Below, piece after piece: positions 20,700 through 31,766 of a stretch of DNA of 64,000 bases; position 1 is the stretch's first letter; each line of letters begins with the position of its first letter. A program made the translations under genes and the position numbers. The notes beneath the pieces were generated by a model that saw nothing but the letters and a program-made list of their open reading frames with translations, had not been told where the DNA came from and made no database searches. Source of the DNA: an uncultured Candidatus Rokubacteria bacterium (lineage in GTDB: Bacteria; Methylomirabilota; Methylomirabilia; Rokubacteriales; CSP1-6); contig CAVVEU010000013.1 of NCBI GenBank assembly GCA_963747235.1, forward strand, positions 32,001-96,000. The letters run 5' to 3'.

Positions 20700-22459
20700 G
20701 GCGCCCGCACTGGGGCTGGCAGGACCCGCTGGAGGCCAAGCTCCTCCCCGCGGTCTCGGCCGACGCGCTCATGGCCCACGCCCGCGTCATCGCCACCTGG
20801 GAGCGCGAGTCGGGCAGCCCGGGTGAGGCGCGCGCCTTCGACTACATCGAGAGCTGTCTCAAGGGCTATGGCCTCGAGGTGGAGCGGCGCGAGATCGAGG
20901 CCTACATCTCGCTGCCGCTCGAGTCCCACGTGCTCCTGCCCGACGGCACCGTGATCGGGGCGCTGACGCACTCGTTCTCGACCTCCACCGGACCGGACGG
21001 CCTCGAGGCGGAGCTCGTGGACGGCGGCGACGGCACGGTAGAGGCGCTGGCGCGCGCGGGAGCGCGAGGGAAGCTGGCCCTGGTGGACAACTTCGCCACC
21101 CCCGCGAAGGCGTGGGCCGCGCAGGAGGCGGGCACGCTGGGCCAGCTCTTCACGAACCTGGACCACCTGCACAACATGATCGTCACCACGATCTGGGGCA
21201 CGCCCAGCCCGGAGACCGCGTGGCGCATCCCGAAGCTCCCGTGTAGCTCGATCAAGAAGGTGGACGCCGACCGCCTGCGCGCGCGGCTTCAGGCCGGCCC
21301 GCTGCGCGTGCGGCTCGTCACCCGCGTGCGTACCGAATGGATGCCGATCCCGCATCTCACCGGACACCTGGCCGGGGCCGCGGACGCCTTCACCCTCTTC
21401 TCCGGCCACGTGGATGCCTGGCATCACGGCGCCATGGACAACGGCAGCGCCAACGCCACCATGCTCGAGGTTGCGCGGCTGCTGGGTGAGCATCGCGGGC
21501 GCCTGCGCCGGGGCCTGCGCCTGGCCTTCTGGTCCGGCCACTCGCACGGGCGCTACGCGGGCTCGGCGTGGTACGCGGATCACACGTGGCGCGAGCTCGA
21601 GCGTAACGGCGTGCTGCACCTCAACGTGGATTCGACCGGCGCGAAGGGCGCGACCGACTTCACCGTCTTCCACGCCACCGAGGACGCGGCGGACTTCGCG
21701 GAGGCGGTGGTGGCCGACGTGACCGGGCAGCGGGGCCGGGCGCGACACTTCTCGCGCGCGGGGGACCAGTCCTTCTGGGGCATCGGGCTGCCCAGCGCGT
21801 TCATGTCCATGTCGCAGCTCCCGCCGCAGGACACGGAGTTCGGCCGGACCACCGAGCGGCTCTTCGGCACCTCCGGCTTCCCCTGGTGGTGGCACACGCG
21901 TGAAGACACCATCGACAAGCTCGACGGCGCCGTGCTGGCTCACGACACCAAGGTCTTCGTGGCCTCCGCGCTGCGCCTCTGCAACGCGCCGGTGCTGCCG
22001 CTCGGACCGGCCCGCGCCGCGCGCGCGGTGGCGGACACCGCCGCCGAGCTGCACGCCGCGGCGGCCGGGCGCATGGATCTGGCGCCGCTGGTGGACGCCG
22101 CCCGCGGGCTCGCCGCGTCGCTCGACGCCGCGGCCCCGGGGCTCGCGCGCCTGGCCGCCGGCGACGGGGCCGACACCGCGGCCGCCAACCGGCTGCTCAT
22201 GCGCCTTTCGCGCGCGCTGGTGCCGCTGCTCTTCACCGGCGGCGACCGCTTCACCCATGACCTGGCCGTCGGCATCCCGCCGCTGGCCGGGTTGCAGCGC
22301 GCCCGGGAGCTGCCCGGCATGGACGCCGCCGCCGACCTCACCAAGTTCTCGCTCGCCGCGCTGGGGCGCGAGCGCAACCGTGCGCACCACGCCCTCGACG
22401 TGGCCTCCGACCTCGCCGCCGAGCTCGGCTCCCGCGTCCCACAAGGAGAGATTCGATGA
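20696..22459 (+). CDS. M28-family metallopeptidase with PA domain
   Basis: RESGSPGE, GHVDAW..GAMDNGS, HLNVDS, GDQSF, WWWHTREDTIDK. Confidence 0.82.
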   Translation: MRRPHWGWQDPLEAKLLPAVSADALMAHARVIATWERESGSPGEARAFDYIESCLKGYGLEVERREIEAYISLPLESHVLLPDGTVIGALTHSFSTSTGPDGLEAELVDGGDGTVEALARAGARGKLALVDNFATPAKAWAAQEAGTLGQLFTNLDHLHNMIVTTIWGTPSPETAWRIPKLPCSSIKKVDADRLRARLQAGPLRVRLVTRVRTEWMPIPHLTGHLAGAADAFTLFSGHVDAWHHGAMDNGSANATMLEVARLLGEHRGRLRRGLRLAFWSGHSHGRYAGSAWYADHTWRELERNGVLHLNVDSTGAKGATDFTVFHATEDAADFAEAVVADVTGQRGRARHFSRAGDQSFWGIGLPSAFMSMSQLPPQDTEFGRTTERLFGTSGFPWWWHTREDTIDKLDGAVLAHDTKVFVASALRLCNAPVLPLGPARAARAVADTAAELHAAAAGRMDLAPLVDAARGLAASLDAAAPGLARLAAGDGADTAAANRLLMRLSRALVPLLFTGGDRFTHDLAVGIPPLAGLQRARELPGMDAAADLTKFSLAALGRERNRAHHALDVASDLAAELGSRVPQGEIR

Positions 22460-24048
22460 CGCGATTCCGGAACGCGCTGCTCGCCCTCATCGCCGTCGCG
22501 GTCGCCGCAGGGCTCCTGGCTCCCGCCGGCCCGGCCGAGGCCCAGAAGCGGGGCGGCACCCTCACCATCGTGCGCCCCACCGATCCCGTCTCGCTGGACC
22601 CGAACCTCGAGACCACCGCGCCCGGCGCGTGGGTGTACTTCAACATGCTCGAAGGGCTCCTGACGCTCGACACCAAGATGCAGGTCCAGCCCTCGCTGGC
22701 CACCTCCTACGAGGTGATGTCGCCCACGCGGGTGCGCTTCAAGCTGCGCCCCAACGTGAAGTTCCACGACGGCACGCCGCTGAACGCGGCCGCGGTGAAG
22801 TTCACCTATGACCGCGCCCTCAAGGGCACGCCGCCCGCCCGCTGGGCCAGCCTCGCCGGCTCGCTCGAGGGGGCCGAGGTGGTGGACAACCTCACGGTGG
22901 ACATCGTCACCCGGGAGCCGTACGGCCCGGTGCTCCGCACGCTCGCCATGTACTGCATGGGCATCGTGTCGCCCACCGCGGTGGGCAAGCTGGGCGCCGA
23001 CTTCAGCCGGGCGCCGGTGGGCACGGGGCCGTTCAAGTTCGTCGAGTGGAAGACCAATACCCACGTGATCATCGAGCGCTTCCCGGACTACTGGGGCGAC
23101 AAGGCCCTGCTCGACCGCGTGATCTTCAAGGTGGTGCCGGAAGAAGGCGCCCGGATGATCGCGCTCCAGACCGGGGACGCGGACATGGTGCTGTTCCCGT
23201 CGCCGGCGCAGCTTCCCGCCCTGAGGAAGGACGCGAAGTTCACCGTGCACGAGACCACCGGCATCCGCGTCGTCTTCGCGGGCTTCCACGCGGGCATGCC
23301 GCCGCTGGACGACGTGCGGGTGCGCCAGGCCCTGCTGCACGCGGTGGACCGGAAGGCCATCGTCGAGAACATCATGGAAGGCTCGGCGGGCCCGGCGATG
23401 GGCGTGCTCGCGCCCGGGGTGTTCGGCTACAAGGACATGCAGCTCGACAAGCTCTACCCGTTCGATCGCGCGAAGGCCAAGGCGCTGCTCGCCCAGGCGG
23501 GCTGGACGCCGGGGGCCGACGGCATCCTCCAGAAGGGCGGCCAGCGTCTCTCGCTCTCCTGGCTCGCCGCGCGCGGCCGCTACCCCAAGGACGGCGAGAT
23601 CACCGAGGCCATCCAGGCCATGTTCAAGGACGTCGGGGTCGAGGCCAAGGTGCAGGTGCTCGAGTGGGGAGCGGTGTTCACCCAGTTCCGCGGCAACCCG
23701 CTCAACCATCACATGTTCACGCTGGGCTGGGTCACCTCCAACGCCGACGCGGACTACTCCCTGTACGCGCTCTTCCACAGCAAGCAGGTGCCGCCCGCGG
23801 GCTGGAATACCTCGCGCTACGCAAACCCCCGGGTGGACACGCTGGTGGAGCAGGCGCGCCGCAGCCTGAACCAGTCGGAGCGCGAGAAGCTCTACTTCGA
23901 GGTGCAGGACATCCTGGCCAAGGAGATGGTGTGGATCCCGGTCTACACGACGAAGGAGATCATCGCGGCCCGGGGCAACGTCAAGGGCTTCACCATCCAC
24001 CCGGTGGAGTACAACCTCTGGCTGGGTAAGGTCTGGCTCGACAAGTAG
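22456..24048 (+). CDS. Peptide/glutathione-type ABC substrate-binding protein (DppA/GsiB-like)
   Basis: SLDP, LRPNVKFHDG, PVGTGPFKF, VRVRQAL motifs; signal peptide. Confidence 0.95.
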   Translation: MTRFRNALLALIAVAVAAGLLAPAGPAEAQKRGGTLTIVRPTDPVSLDPNLETTAPGAWVYFNMLEGLLTLDTKMQVQPSLATSYEVMSPTRVRFKLRPNVKFHDGTPLNAAAVKFTYDRALKGTPPARWASLAGSLEGAEVVDNLTVDIVTREPYGPVLRTLAMYCMGIVSPTAVGKLGADFSRAPVGTGPFKFVEWKTNTHVIIERFPDYWGDKALLDRVIFKVVPEEGARMIALQTGDADMVLFPSPAQLPALRKDAKFTVHETTGIRVVFAGFHAGMPPLDDVRVRQALLHAVDRKAIVENIMEGSAGPAMGVLAPGVFGYKDMQLDKLYPFDRAKAKALLAQAGWTPGADGILQKGGQRLSLSWLAARGRYPKDGEITEAIQAMFKDVGVEAKVQVLEWGAVFTQFRGNPLNHHMFTLGWVTSNADADYSLYALFHSKQVPPAGWNTSRYANPRVDTLVEQARRSLNQSEREKLYFEVQDILAKEMVWIPVYTTKEIIAARGNVKGFTIHPVEYNLWLGKVWLDK

Positions 24049-24058
24049 CCCCGTCGCG

Positions 24059-24982
24059 ATGCTGACGTTCCTGGTCCGGCGCCTGATGCTGGCGGTGCCG
24101 GTGTTGCTGGGCGTCGTCTTCGTGGTCATGCTCACCGTGGAGCTGATTCCGGGCGACGCGGTGGCCCTGATGCTGGGCGAGCACGCCACGCCGGAGGCGG
24201 TGGCCAAGCTCCGGGACTACCTCGGGCTCGACAAGCCCATGGTGGTCCGCTACGTGGAGTACGTCGGCCGCGTGGTGCGGGGCGATCTCGGGCGGTCCAT
24301 CCAGCAGAACCGGCCCGTGGTGGACGAGCTGCGCGACGTCTGGCCCGCCACGCTCGAGCTCACGGTGGCGGCGCTCGTGATCGCCGCGGTGATGGGCGTG
24401 CTCGCGGGCCTCGTCTCCGCGGTGTGGCCGACGTCGTGGTTCGACACGGTGGCCCGCATCGGGTCGCTGTTCGGGCTCTCCATGCCCGTGTTCTGGACCG
24501 GCCTGGTCCTCATCGTGGTGTTCGCCTTCTGGCTGTCCTGGTTTCCGGTGGGCGGCACCGGCGGCTTCTCGCATCTGGTGCTGCCCGCGGTGACGCTGGC
24601 GCTGCCCTCGGTGGCCATGGTCGCGCGCATGACGCGCTCGAGCGTGCTGGACGTGCTCCGCGAGGACTACGTGCGCACCGCGCGGGCCAAGGGGGTGGCC
24701 GAGCGGCTCGTGGTGTCCAAGCACGCGCTCCGCAACGCGGCCATCCCCATCCTCACGCTGCTCGGCCTCCAGGCCGGGCAGCTCATGGGCGGCGCGGTGC
24801 TGACCGAGACGGTGTTCGCGTGGCCGGGGCTCGGGCGGCTCATGGTCAAGGCCATCTTCGCCCGCGACTACGTGCTGGTGCAGGGGGCGGTGCTGGTGTT
24901 CGCGGTGGCCTTCGTCGCCATCAACCTCGCGGTGGATCTGGCCTACGGGGCGCTCGATCCGCGCGTGTCGCGGCAGGGCTAG
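24059..24982 (+). CDS. Peptide ABC transporter permease (DppB-like)
   Basis: GDLGRS, SMPVFW, EDYVRTARAKG, ETVFAWPGLG, LDPRV. Confidence 0.95.
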   Translation: MLTFLVRRLMLAVPVLLGVVFVVMLTVELIPGDAVALMLGEHATPEAVAKLRDYLGLDKPMVVRYVEYVGRVVRGDLGRSIQQNRPVVDELRDVWPATLELTVAALVIAAVMGVLAGLVSAVWPTSWFDTVARIGSLFGLSMPVFWTGLVLIVVFAFWLSWFPVGGTGGFSHLVLPAVTLALPSVAMVARMTRSSVLDVLREDYVRTARAKGVAERLVVSKHALRNAAIPILTLLGLQAGQLMGGAVLTETVFAWPGLGRLMVKAIFARDYVLVQGAVLVFAVAFVAINLAVDLAYGALDPRVSRQG

Positions 24983-24985
24983 GCG

Positions 24986-25882
24986 ATGGCCATGTCCGCG
25001 GTGGGCGCGCTCGAGGGCCCGGCGGTTGCCGCCGTCGAGACGGGACGGCTCAGCGCGTGGGGCCAGTTCCGGCGCAACCGCCTCGCGGTGGCGGGGCTCG
25101 CGATCGTGGCCCTGCTCCTCATCGCGGCCCTGGGCGCGCCGTGGCTCTCGCCCTTCGATCCCGCCAAGCAGAGCCTGATCGAGAAGCGCGCGAAGCCGGG
25201 CGGGAAGTTCGTCCTGGGCGCGGACGAGTTCGGGCGCGACATCCTCTCGCGGGTGATCTACGGCAGTCGCGTCGCGCTGATCGTGAGCGTGCTGTCGGTG
25301 GCGGTGGCGCTGTCGCTCGGGCTCACGCTCGGCTGCCTGGCCGGGTTCCTCGGCGGCTGGACCGACGCGCTGGTGATGCGGGCCACCGAGGTGCTGCTGG
25401 CCTTTCCGTATCTCCTGCTCGCGATCGCGGTGGTGTCCGCGCTCGGCCCCGGCGTCGTCAACACCACCCTCGCGGTGGGCATCTGGGGCGCCCCCACCGT
25501 GATCCGCGTGGTGCGCGGCGCGGTGCTGGTGGCGCGCGAGACCGAGTACGTGAGCGCGGCGCGGGCGCTGGGCGCCACCGCGCTGCAGGTGCTGACGCGC
25601 CACGTGCTGCGCAACGTGCTGCCGACCGTGATCGTGTACTCCACCCTCTTCATGGCGAACGCGATCCTGGTGGAGGCCGCGCTGTCCTTCCTGGGTCTCG
25701 GTGTCCAGCCGCCCACGCCCTCGTGGGGGCTCATGGTCTCGACCGGGCGCGATCTCCTCCTGGTGGCCCCGCACGTGGCGACGATCCCGGGCCTGGCGAT
25801 CCTGGTCGCGGTGCTGGGCTTCAATCTCCTGGGCGACGGGCTGCGCGACGCGCTCGACCCGCGCCTGCGCGGGCGCATCTGA
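24986..25882 (+). CDS. Peptide ABC transporter permease (DppC-like)
   Basis: LGADEFGRDILSRVIYG, EYVSAARALG, LSFLGLG..PPTPSWG, GDGLRDALDPR. Confidence 0.95.
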   Translation: MAMSAVGALEGPAVAAVETGRLSAWGQFRRNRLAVAGLAIVALLLIAALGAPWLSPFDPAKQSLIEKRAKPGGKFVLGADEFGRDILSRVIYGSRVALIVSVLSVAVALSLGLTLGCLAGFLGGWTDALVMRATEVLLAFPYLLLAIAVVSALGPGVVNTTLAVGIWGAPTVIRVVRGAVLVARETEYVSAARALGATALQVLTRHVLRNVLPTVIVYSTLFMANAILVEAALSFLGLGVQPPTPSWGLMVSTGRDLLLVAPHVATIPGLAILVAVLGFNLLGDGLRDALDPRLRGRI

Positions 25883-26658
25883 TGCGCCTCGACGGCCGGA
25901 CCGCCATCGTCACCGGCGCCGCCAACGGCATCGGCCGCGCCATCTGCCTGGGCCTGGCGGCCGAGGGCGCGGCCGTCTGGGGCTGCGACGTGCTCGGCCC
26001 CGAGCTCGAGGAGACCCGCCGCGCGGTGGACGCGGCGGGGGTGCGCCCGGGCGGCGCGGCGGTAGTCGACGTGCGCGACGTTGCCGCGGTCGCGGCGTTC
26101 GTGGCGCGCGTGGAGGCGGAGGCCGGGCACGTGGACGTGCTCGTCAACACCGCGGGCGGCGTGGCGGGCCAGGTCAACAAGCCGGTCGAGGAGGTGTCGG
26201 ACGCCGACTGGCGGGTGATCTTCGCGATCAACCTGGACGGGGCCTTCCACTTCACGCGTGCGGTGGCCCCCGCCATGAAGCGCGCCGGCCGCGGCGCCAT
26301 CGTCAACATCTCCTCCGGTGCCGGTCGCTCCTACAGCCTCACCGGCATCCAGGCCTACGCCAGCGCCAAGGCGGGGCTCATCGGCTTCACCCGCCAGACC
26401 GCGCGCGAGCTGGGCGCCCACGGCATCCGGGTCAACTGCGTGGCGCCGGGCTTCGTGCGCTCCAATCCCGCCTCCGAGCGGCAGTGGCACGCCATGGGCG
26501 AGGCCGGCCAGCAGCGGCTGGTGGACTCCATCGCGCTGCGCCGCATCGGCACGCCCGAGGACATCGCCCGCGCCGTCCTCTTCTTCTGCGGCGACGACTC
26601 GGGCTATGTCACCGGCCAGACCATCAGCGTTGACGGGGGGATGTGGATGCTGGGCTGA
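25882..26658 (+). CDS. Short-chain dehydrogenase/reductase
   Basis: ATG overlapping the dppC stop; TGAANGIG, YASAK, RVNCVAPG, VDGG. Confidence 0.93.
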   Translation: MRLDGRTAIVTGAANGIGRAICLGLAAEGAAVWGCDVLGPELEETRRAVDAAGVRPGGAAVVDVRDVAAVAAFVARVEAEAGHVDVLVNTAGGVAGQVNKPVEEVSDADWRVIFAINLDGAFHFTRAVAPAMKRAGRGAIVNISSGAGRSYSLTGIQAYASAKAGLIGFTRQTARELGAHGIRVNCVAPGFVRSNPASERQWHAMGEAGQQRLVDSIALRRIGTPEDIARAVLFFCGDDSGYVTGQTISVDGGMWMLG

Positions 26659-26672
26659 GGATCGGGTCCAGG

Positions 26673-27164
26673 CTACTTGTTGCGGCGAATGCGCCGGACG
26701 CTGACCACCACGAAGACGAGCAGGAATGCCCACATCAGCACCGCGCCGATCCCGAAGACGGCGCGTCCCACGGTCTCGTCGCCCGGGCCGCGGCCGACGA
26801 AGGGGAGCGCCACGGTGAAGGCCCGGGGACCCGGCCCGAACGCGACCCAGGTGGCGACCGCCCCGAGCGCGCTGATGATCCCGAGCCCGAGCAGGTACTG
26901 GGTCACGCGCACCCAGCGCGGCGTGCCCGCCGGCAGGTCGCCATCCGGCCCGACGCCGCCCGCCACCGCGTAGCCCACGATCATCGCGGCGCCGGCGAGC
27001 ACGAACGCGAGGCCGGCGGCGGCGACCACCCAGCGGGGCGCCTCGCGCGAGGCCTCGGCGCCGGGGATGATGCCCACGGCCAGGAGCACGATCAGGACGC
27101 CCATCCCGCTGACGGCCGTGCCGAGGGCCACCGCGGCTCTCGGCGAGAGCGGTGTCGCGCTCAC
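26673..27164 (-). CDS. Hypothetical membrane protein (about 4 TM segments)
   Basis: GTG overlaps the stop of the upstream oxygenase; four hydrophobic stretches in ORF 26673..27377. Confidence 0.75.
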   Translation of the reverse strand: MSATPLSPRAAVALGTAVSGMGVLIVLLAVGIIPGAEASREAPRWVVAAAGLAFVLAGAAMIVGYAVAGGVGPDGDLPAGTPRWVRVTQYLLGLGIISALGAVATWVAFGPGPRAFTVALPFVGRGPGDETVGRAVFGIGAVLMWAFLLVFVVVSVRRIRRNK

Positions 27165-28147
27165 CCGGCCCGGGCGGCGGTGAATCCGGTCTTGGCGTAC
27201 TTCACGTCGCGGTACTCGCCGGAGAGTACCGGCGCGTGCCGGGGGGCGCCCTGCGAGGGCAGGCACTCGATGAGGGCGTCGTAGTTGGGGTGGTTGAAGA
27301 AGGCGATGGACAGGCGCGCGGCGCCGGTCGCGCTCGAGGCCGGTGGGTTCACCACGCGGTGGAGATTCGAGAGCCATCGGTCATTGGTCCAGCGCATGAG
27401 CAGGTCGCCGATGTTCACCACGAAGGTGGTGGGCGAGGTCGGCACGTCCACCCAGCGTCCGTCGCGCGTCCGCACCTGCAGGCCGCCGGGGACGTCCTCG
27501 CCACTCAGGATCGTGAAGCCGCCGTAGTCGGTGTGGGCGCTGGCGCGGAGCTGGCCGGGCTCGGGCGGGACGGCCTGGGCCGGGTAGTAGTTGAGCCGCA
27601 TGGTGCCGATGGAGCGATCCACCTTGTCGTCGAAGAAACCTTCCTCGACGTCGAGGGCGAGCGCGGCAAGGCGCATGAGTGAGACGATGAGCCCGCTCAT
27701 CGCACGGTAGTACGTCGTCGCCGCGCGCTCGATGCCCGCCGGTGCGGCCGGCCACAGATTCGGCTCGAAGTGGCGGCGGCCCCGCGCGCCCGTGTAATAG
27801 GCGTCGCCGGAGACGTCCACGGGGCCCACGTGGAAGAACTCCTTCAGATCGGGCGGCGCGGGCGCGTCGTTGGCGGAGGCGAGCGTCTCGCCCGCCACCG
27901 GGTGATAGCCGCGGTTGGTGCCCGGGACGGGATGCCGCGCGGCGAGCTTGGCCGCGAGCGGCAGCGCGAAGAACGCGTGGGCGCGCCCGCGGAGATCCTC
28001 CACCAGGCTGTCGGGGATGCCGTGGCCGGTGATGGCGAAGAAGCCGATCTCGCGGCAGGCGGCGTCGATCGTGCTGGCGATCGCCAGGCGGGCCGCGCGA
28101 TCGCCCCCGCGCGCGGATCCGAGATCGATGACCGGGACGGTGGCCAT
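27161..28147 (-). CDS. Isopenicillin N synthase-family 2OG-Fe(II) oxygenase
   Basis: VPVIDL, GFF..GHGI, RLNYYP, HTDYG, VNIGD, HRV, RLSIAFF. Confidence 0.95.
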   Translation of the reverse strand: MATVPVIDLGSARGGDRAARLAIASTIDAACREIGFFAITGHGIPDSLVEDLRGRAHAFFALPLAAKLAARHPVPGTNRGYHPVAGETLASANDAPAPPDLKEFFHVGPVDVSGDAYYTGARGRRHFEPNLWPAAPAGIERAATTYYRAMSGLIVSLMRLAALALDVEEGFFDDKVDRSIGTMRLNYYPAQAVPPEPGQLRASAHTDYGGFTILSGEDVPGGLQVRTRDGRWVDVPTSPTTFVVNIGDLLMRWTNDRWLSNLHRVVNPPASSATGAARLSIAFFNHPNYDALIECLPSQGAPRHAPVLSGEYRDVKYAKTGFTAARAG

Positions 28148-28150
28148 CGC

Positions 28151-28921
28151 CTAGAGCGTGGAGAACACCGAGCCGCCGTCCACGATGAGGGTCTGCCCGC
28201 TCATGAAGGCGCTGTCGTCGGAGGCCAGGAAGACCACCGTGCCCAGGACGTCGTCGGGGAAGGCGTCGCGCTTGAGCGACCGCGCCTGCATGATCGCGGC
28301 TTCCTGGAAGGCCGTGATGTCGGGGTTGGCCTGCACGGTGTCGCTCAGGATGAGCCCCGGCGCCACCGCGTTGACCGTGATCCGGTCCGGCCCCAGCTCG
28401 CGGGCCAGCGCGCGGGTCATGGCCACCACCGCGCCCTTCGACGTCACGTAGTGCATGAGCAGGGCGGTGCCCTTGGCCACGATGGCGGAGGCCACGTTGA
28501 CGATGCGCCCGCCACCCTGCGCGCGCATGGCGGGGACCACCGCGCGGGCGCAGTTCCAGACCCCCTTGACGTTCACCGCCATCACGCGGTCCCACTCCGC
28601 CTCCGGGATCTCGTCGAAGGGCTGCGGCTTGAGCGTGGCGAAGACGGCCGCGTTGTTGACGAGCACGTCGATGCGGCCGAAGCGGGCCAGCGCGGCCTCG
28701 ATCATGGCACCGACGGAGCCCGCGTCGCTCACGTCGGTGCGCACCCCGAGCGCGCGCCCGGCGGCGTCGAGCTTGTCCACCGCGGCGACGGGATCGGCGA
28801 TGTCGGCCACCACCACGCGCGCGCCCTCGGCGAGAAAGCGCGTCGCGTAGGCGAAGCCGATGCCCGCCGCGCCGCCCGTGATCACCGCGATTTTGTCGTG
28901 AAGCCGGCCCTGAAGGCGCAT
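28151..28921 (-). CDS. Short-chain dehydrogenase/reductase
   Basis: TGGAAGIG, NNAA, YVTSK, VNAVAPG. Confidence 0.95.
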   Translation of the reverse strand: MRLQGRLHDKIAVITGGAAGIGFAYATRFLAEGARVVVADIADPVAAVDKLDAAGRALGVRTDVSDAGSVGAMIEAALARFGRIDVLVNNAAVFATLKPQPFDEIPEAEWDRVMAVNVKGVWNCARAVVPAMRAQGGGRIVNVASAIVAKGTALLMHYVTSKGAVVAMTRALARELGPDRITVNAVAPGLILSDTVQANPDITAFQEAAIMQARSLKRDAFPDDVLGTVVFLASDDSAFMSGQTLIVDGGSVFSTL

Positions 28922-28930
28922 CGTGGCGCG

Positions 28931-28959
28931 AGCATAGACGACGCTCGCGGAGGGGTCAA
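28931..28959 (-). promoter_or_regulatory. Sigma70-type promoter of the SDR-oxygenase operon, probably leaderless
   Basis: TTGACC-17 bp-TATGCT, 9 nt before ATG 28921, no SD sequence. Confidence 0.7.
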
Positions 28960-28970
28960 GGTGACGCGGG

Positions 28971-30086
28971 TTAATCCTCCAGGAGCACGCAGTGGCGCGG
29001 CTCGACGATCAGGAACACCGTCTCGCCCTCGGCCACCGGGTCCGTCGCGACCTCGCGGATCACGAGCGAGCGGCCGCTCCAGTCCACGTGGTACTGGGTG
29101 AAGTCGCCCTGGAACACGCGGCGCCGCACGGTGGCGGGCCACACGTTCAGCGCGCCCGCCGGCCGCTCGCGCGAGAGCCGCACGTGGACGGTCCGCACCG
29201 AGAGCAGCGCTTCCGTCCCCACGCGGCGGCCGAAGGCGGTGCCGTGGACGATGTCGCCGGCGGGCGTTTCCAGGGCCACGAGGCCGTCGCGCTCGAGATC
29301 GGGCCGGTGGCGGCCCCGGATCAGATTGGCCGAGCCCACGAAGTCGGCGACGAAGGTGTTGCGGGGCAGATCGTAGATCTCGTTGGGGGTGCCCATCTGC
29401 TCGATCACCCCGTCGCGCATGACCACGATGCGGTCGGAGATGGCCAGCGCCTCCTCGAGATCGTGGGTCACGTAGACCGACGTGATGTCGAGCCGGTGCT
29501 GGAGCTCCTTGATCTCGAGCCGCATCTCGGCGCGCAGCTTGGCGTCGAGGTTGCTGAGCGGCTCGTCGAAGAGGAGCACCGAGGGCGAGAACACGAAGGC
29601 GCGGGCGAGGGCCACCCGTTGCTGCTGGCCACCGGAGAGCTTCGACGCGCTCCGGGCGGCCAGCTCGCCCATCTGCACCAGCTCGAGTGCGCCGCGCACC
29701 CGCTCCGCGATCTCGGCGGCGGGCAGCTTGCGCACGCGGAGCCCGTAGGCCACGTTGTCGAACACGGTCATGTGGGGCCAGATCGCGTAGGACTGGAACA
29801 CCATGGACAGCCCGCGCTTCTCGGGCGGCACCTGGACGCGCGGCGACGTGGCGAAAACCGGGCTGCCGTCGATACGGATCTCGCCGGACTCGGGCTGCTC
29901 GAGCCCGGCGATGGCCCTGAGCGTGGTGGTCTTGCCGCAGCCCGACGGTCCCAGCAGCGTGAGGTGCTCGCCCGCCGCGACGGTGAAGGAGACCCCGCGC
30001 ACCGCCGGGACTTTGCCGTAGCGGACGACCAGGTCGCGCACCTCGATGGAGGCCTTGCGGCCCGAGCCCACCCGGGGCGCGCTCAC
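28971..30086 (-). CDS. ABC transporter ATP-binding protein (FbpC/PotA class)
   Basis: [34 protein letters not shown]-terminal TOBE. Confidence 0.95.
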   Translation of the reverse strand: MSAPRVGSGRKASIEVRDLVVRYGKVPAVRGVSFTVAAGEHLTLLGPSGCGKTTTLRAIAGLEQPESGEIRIDGSPVFATSPRVQVPPEKRGLSMVFQSYAIWPHMTVFDNVAYGLRVRKLPAAEIAERVRGALELVQMGELAARSASKLSGGQQQRVALARAFVFSPSVLLFDEPLSNLDAKLRAEMRLEIKELQHRLDITSVYVTHDLEEALAISDRIVVMRDGVIEQMGTPNEIYDLPRNTFVADFVGSANLIRGRHRPDLERDGLVALETPAGDIVHGTAFGRRVGTEALLSVRTVHVRLSRERPAGALNVWPATVRRRVFQGDFTQYHVDWSGRSLVIREVATDPVAEGETVFLIVEPRHCVLLED

Positions 30087-31753
30087 GCGCCCTCGCCCGG
30101 ATGCTGGATGGCGCGGCGGGCCACCGTGAAGAGGAGCGCGAGCGCGAGGGCGACGGCCAGCGTCTGCAGCAGCGCCATCGCCGCGGTCAGCTCGGTGCTG
30201 GTGGAGAACCACGACTCCACGATGGCGGGGGTGATGACCTTGGAATGGGGCCCCATCAGCAAGATGGACGCGCCCAGCTCCCGCACGCTGGCGATGAAGA
30301 GGAGCAGCCAGGCCGCGATGAGGCCGGGCCGGAGCAGGGGCATCGTCACGGTGCGCAGGCGGTAGCTCCAGGACGCCCCGCACATCTGGGCGCTTTCCTC
30401 CAGTGATCGGTCGATCTGCAAGATCACGCCGGAGATCGTGCGGAGGCCGAGCGGCAGGAACACGGTCAGGTAGGCGATGAGGAGGAGCCAGAGGGTCCCG
30501 TAGACCGGGATCGGGAAGATCAGCCACGCCCAGAGCATGCCGAAGGCGAAGACGAGCCGCGGGACGGCCTGCGGGAACATCAGCACGTACTCGATGACGC
30601 CGACGCCGGGCAGGCGGGAGCGGTAGATCATCCACGCGAGGAAGCCCATGATCAGCACGCCGAGGCTCGCGGTGCCGACGCCCAGGAGCAGGCTGTTCCA
30701 GAGCGCCGACCGCACCGCGTCGAGCGAGAGCGCGGTGCGGTAGTTCTCCAGGGTGAAGTTGCCCGCCTTGGGGAAGGCGGTGGCGAGCCGCTGGATGGAG
30801 GCGTAGAGCAGGGCGAGGACGGGCAGGACCACCGCCACCCCGAGGTACGCCCCGCAGATGGCGAGGAGCGGCCAGCGCAGGCGCCCCACGCTCATCACGC
30901 GCGGGCGGAATGCCTTGCCGGTGATCGTCACGTAGTTGCCGCGGCTCACCACCCGCCGGTAGACGTAGACCATGGCGAACATCACCACGAAGAGGGAGAC
31001 GCCCATGGCGGCGGCGCGGGGGAACTGCGGCGGGTACTGGGAGACGAGCTGGTACATGGCGGTGGTCACGACGTAGAAGCGGTTGGGCAGCCCCAGCACC
31101 AGCGCGGCCGAGAACGAGCCCAGCATCTCCGCGAAGACGAAGATGGCCGCACCGAGCACGCCGGGCAGCACGAGCGGCAGCGTGATGCGCAGCATCGTGC
31201 GCAGCCGCCCCGCGCCGAGCACCTGCGAGGCTTCTTCCAGCGCGGGATCCATGGACTTCATCACCGCCCCGATCATGACGAAGGCCACCGAGCCCTCGAA
31301 GAGCGCCATGACCCAGGCGATGCCGTAGGGCGTCGTCATGTCGATCAGGTGCCCCTCGCCACCGAGCGCCCGCCAGACCTGATTGAGGAAGCCGCCGCTG
31401 GGCGAGCCGATCAGGCTCCAGGCGAGCGCGCCCATGAGCGGCGTCACGTAGTAGGGGAGCGCCATGAGCTGCTCGAGCGCCGCGCGGCCCGGGACATTGG
31501 TGCGGGAGAGGATCCACGCCATGACGAAGCCGAAGAGGACGGCCATCACGGTGGCCGCCACCGCCACGGTCACGGTGTTGGCGAAGATGTGGCTGTAGCG
31601 CGGCAGGTCGGCGAAGTTGTCGAGCCCGTAGGCTTCCGGCGGGCGCGCCTGCGGGTCGCCCACGCTGAGCGACGCCTGGATCAGGAAGAAGATCGGGTAG
31701 AGGACGAGGACCGCGGCGGCGCCCCCGACGAGGAGGCTGACGAGGCGCGCCAC
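30083..31753 (-). CDS. ABC transporter permease (FbpB class, duplicated membrane domain)
   Basis: Two EAA loops: [13 protein letters not shown] and [13 protein letters not shown]. Confidence 0.95.
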   Translation of the reverse strand: MARLVSLLVGGAAAVLVLYPIFFLIQASLSVGDPQARPPEAYGLDNFADLPRYSHIFANTVTVAVAATVMAVLFGFVMAWILSRTNVPGRAALEQLMALPYYVTPLMGALAWSLIGSPSGGFLNQVWRALGGEGHLIDMTTPYGIAWVMALFEGSVAFVMIGAVMKSMDPALEEASQVLGAGRLRTMLRITLPLVLPGVLGAAIFVFAEMLGSFSAALVLGLPNRFYVVTTAMYQLVSQYPPQFPRAAAMGVSLFVVMFAMVYVYRRVVSRGNYVTITGKAFRPRVMSVGRLRWPLLAICGAYLGVAVVLPVLALLYASIQRLATAFPKAGNFTLENYRTALSLDAVRSALWNSLLLGVGTASLGVLIMGFLAWMIYRSRLPGVGVIEYVLMFPQAVPRLVFAFGMLWAWLIFPIPVYGTLWLLLIAYLTVFLPLGLRTISGVILQIDRSLEESAQMCGASWSYRLRTVTMPLLRPGLIAAWLLLFIASVRELGASILLMGPHSKVITPAIVESWFSTSTELTAAMALLQTLAVALALALLFTVARRAIQHPGEGA

Positions 31754-31766
31754 CGCGGCGGCTCCT

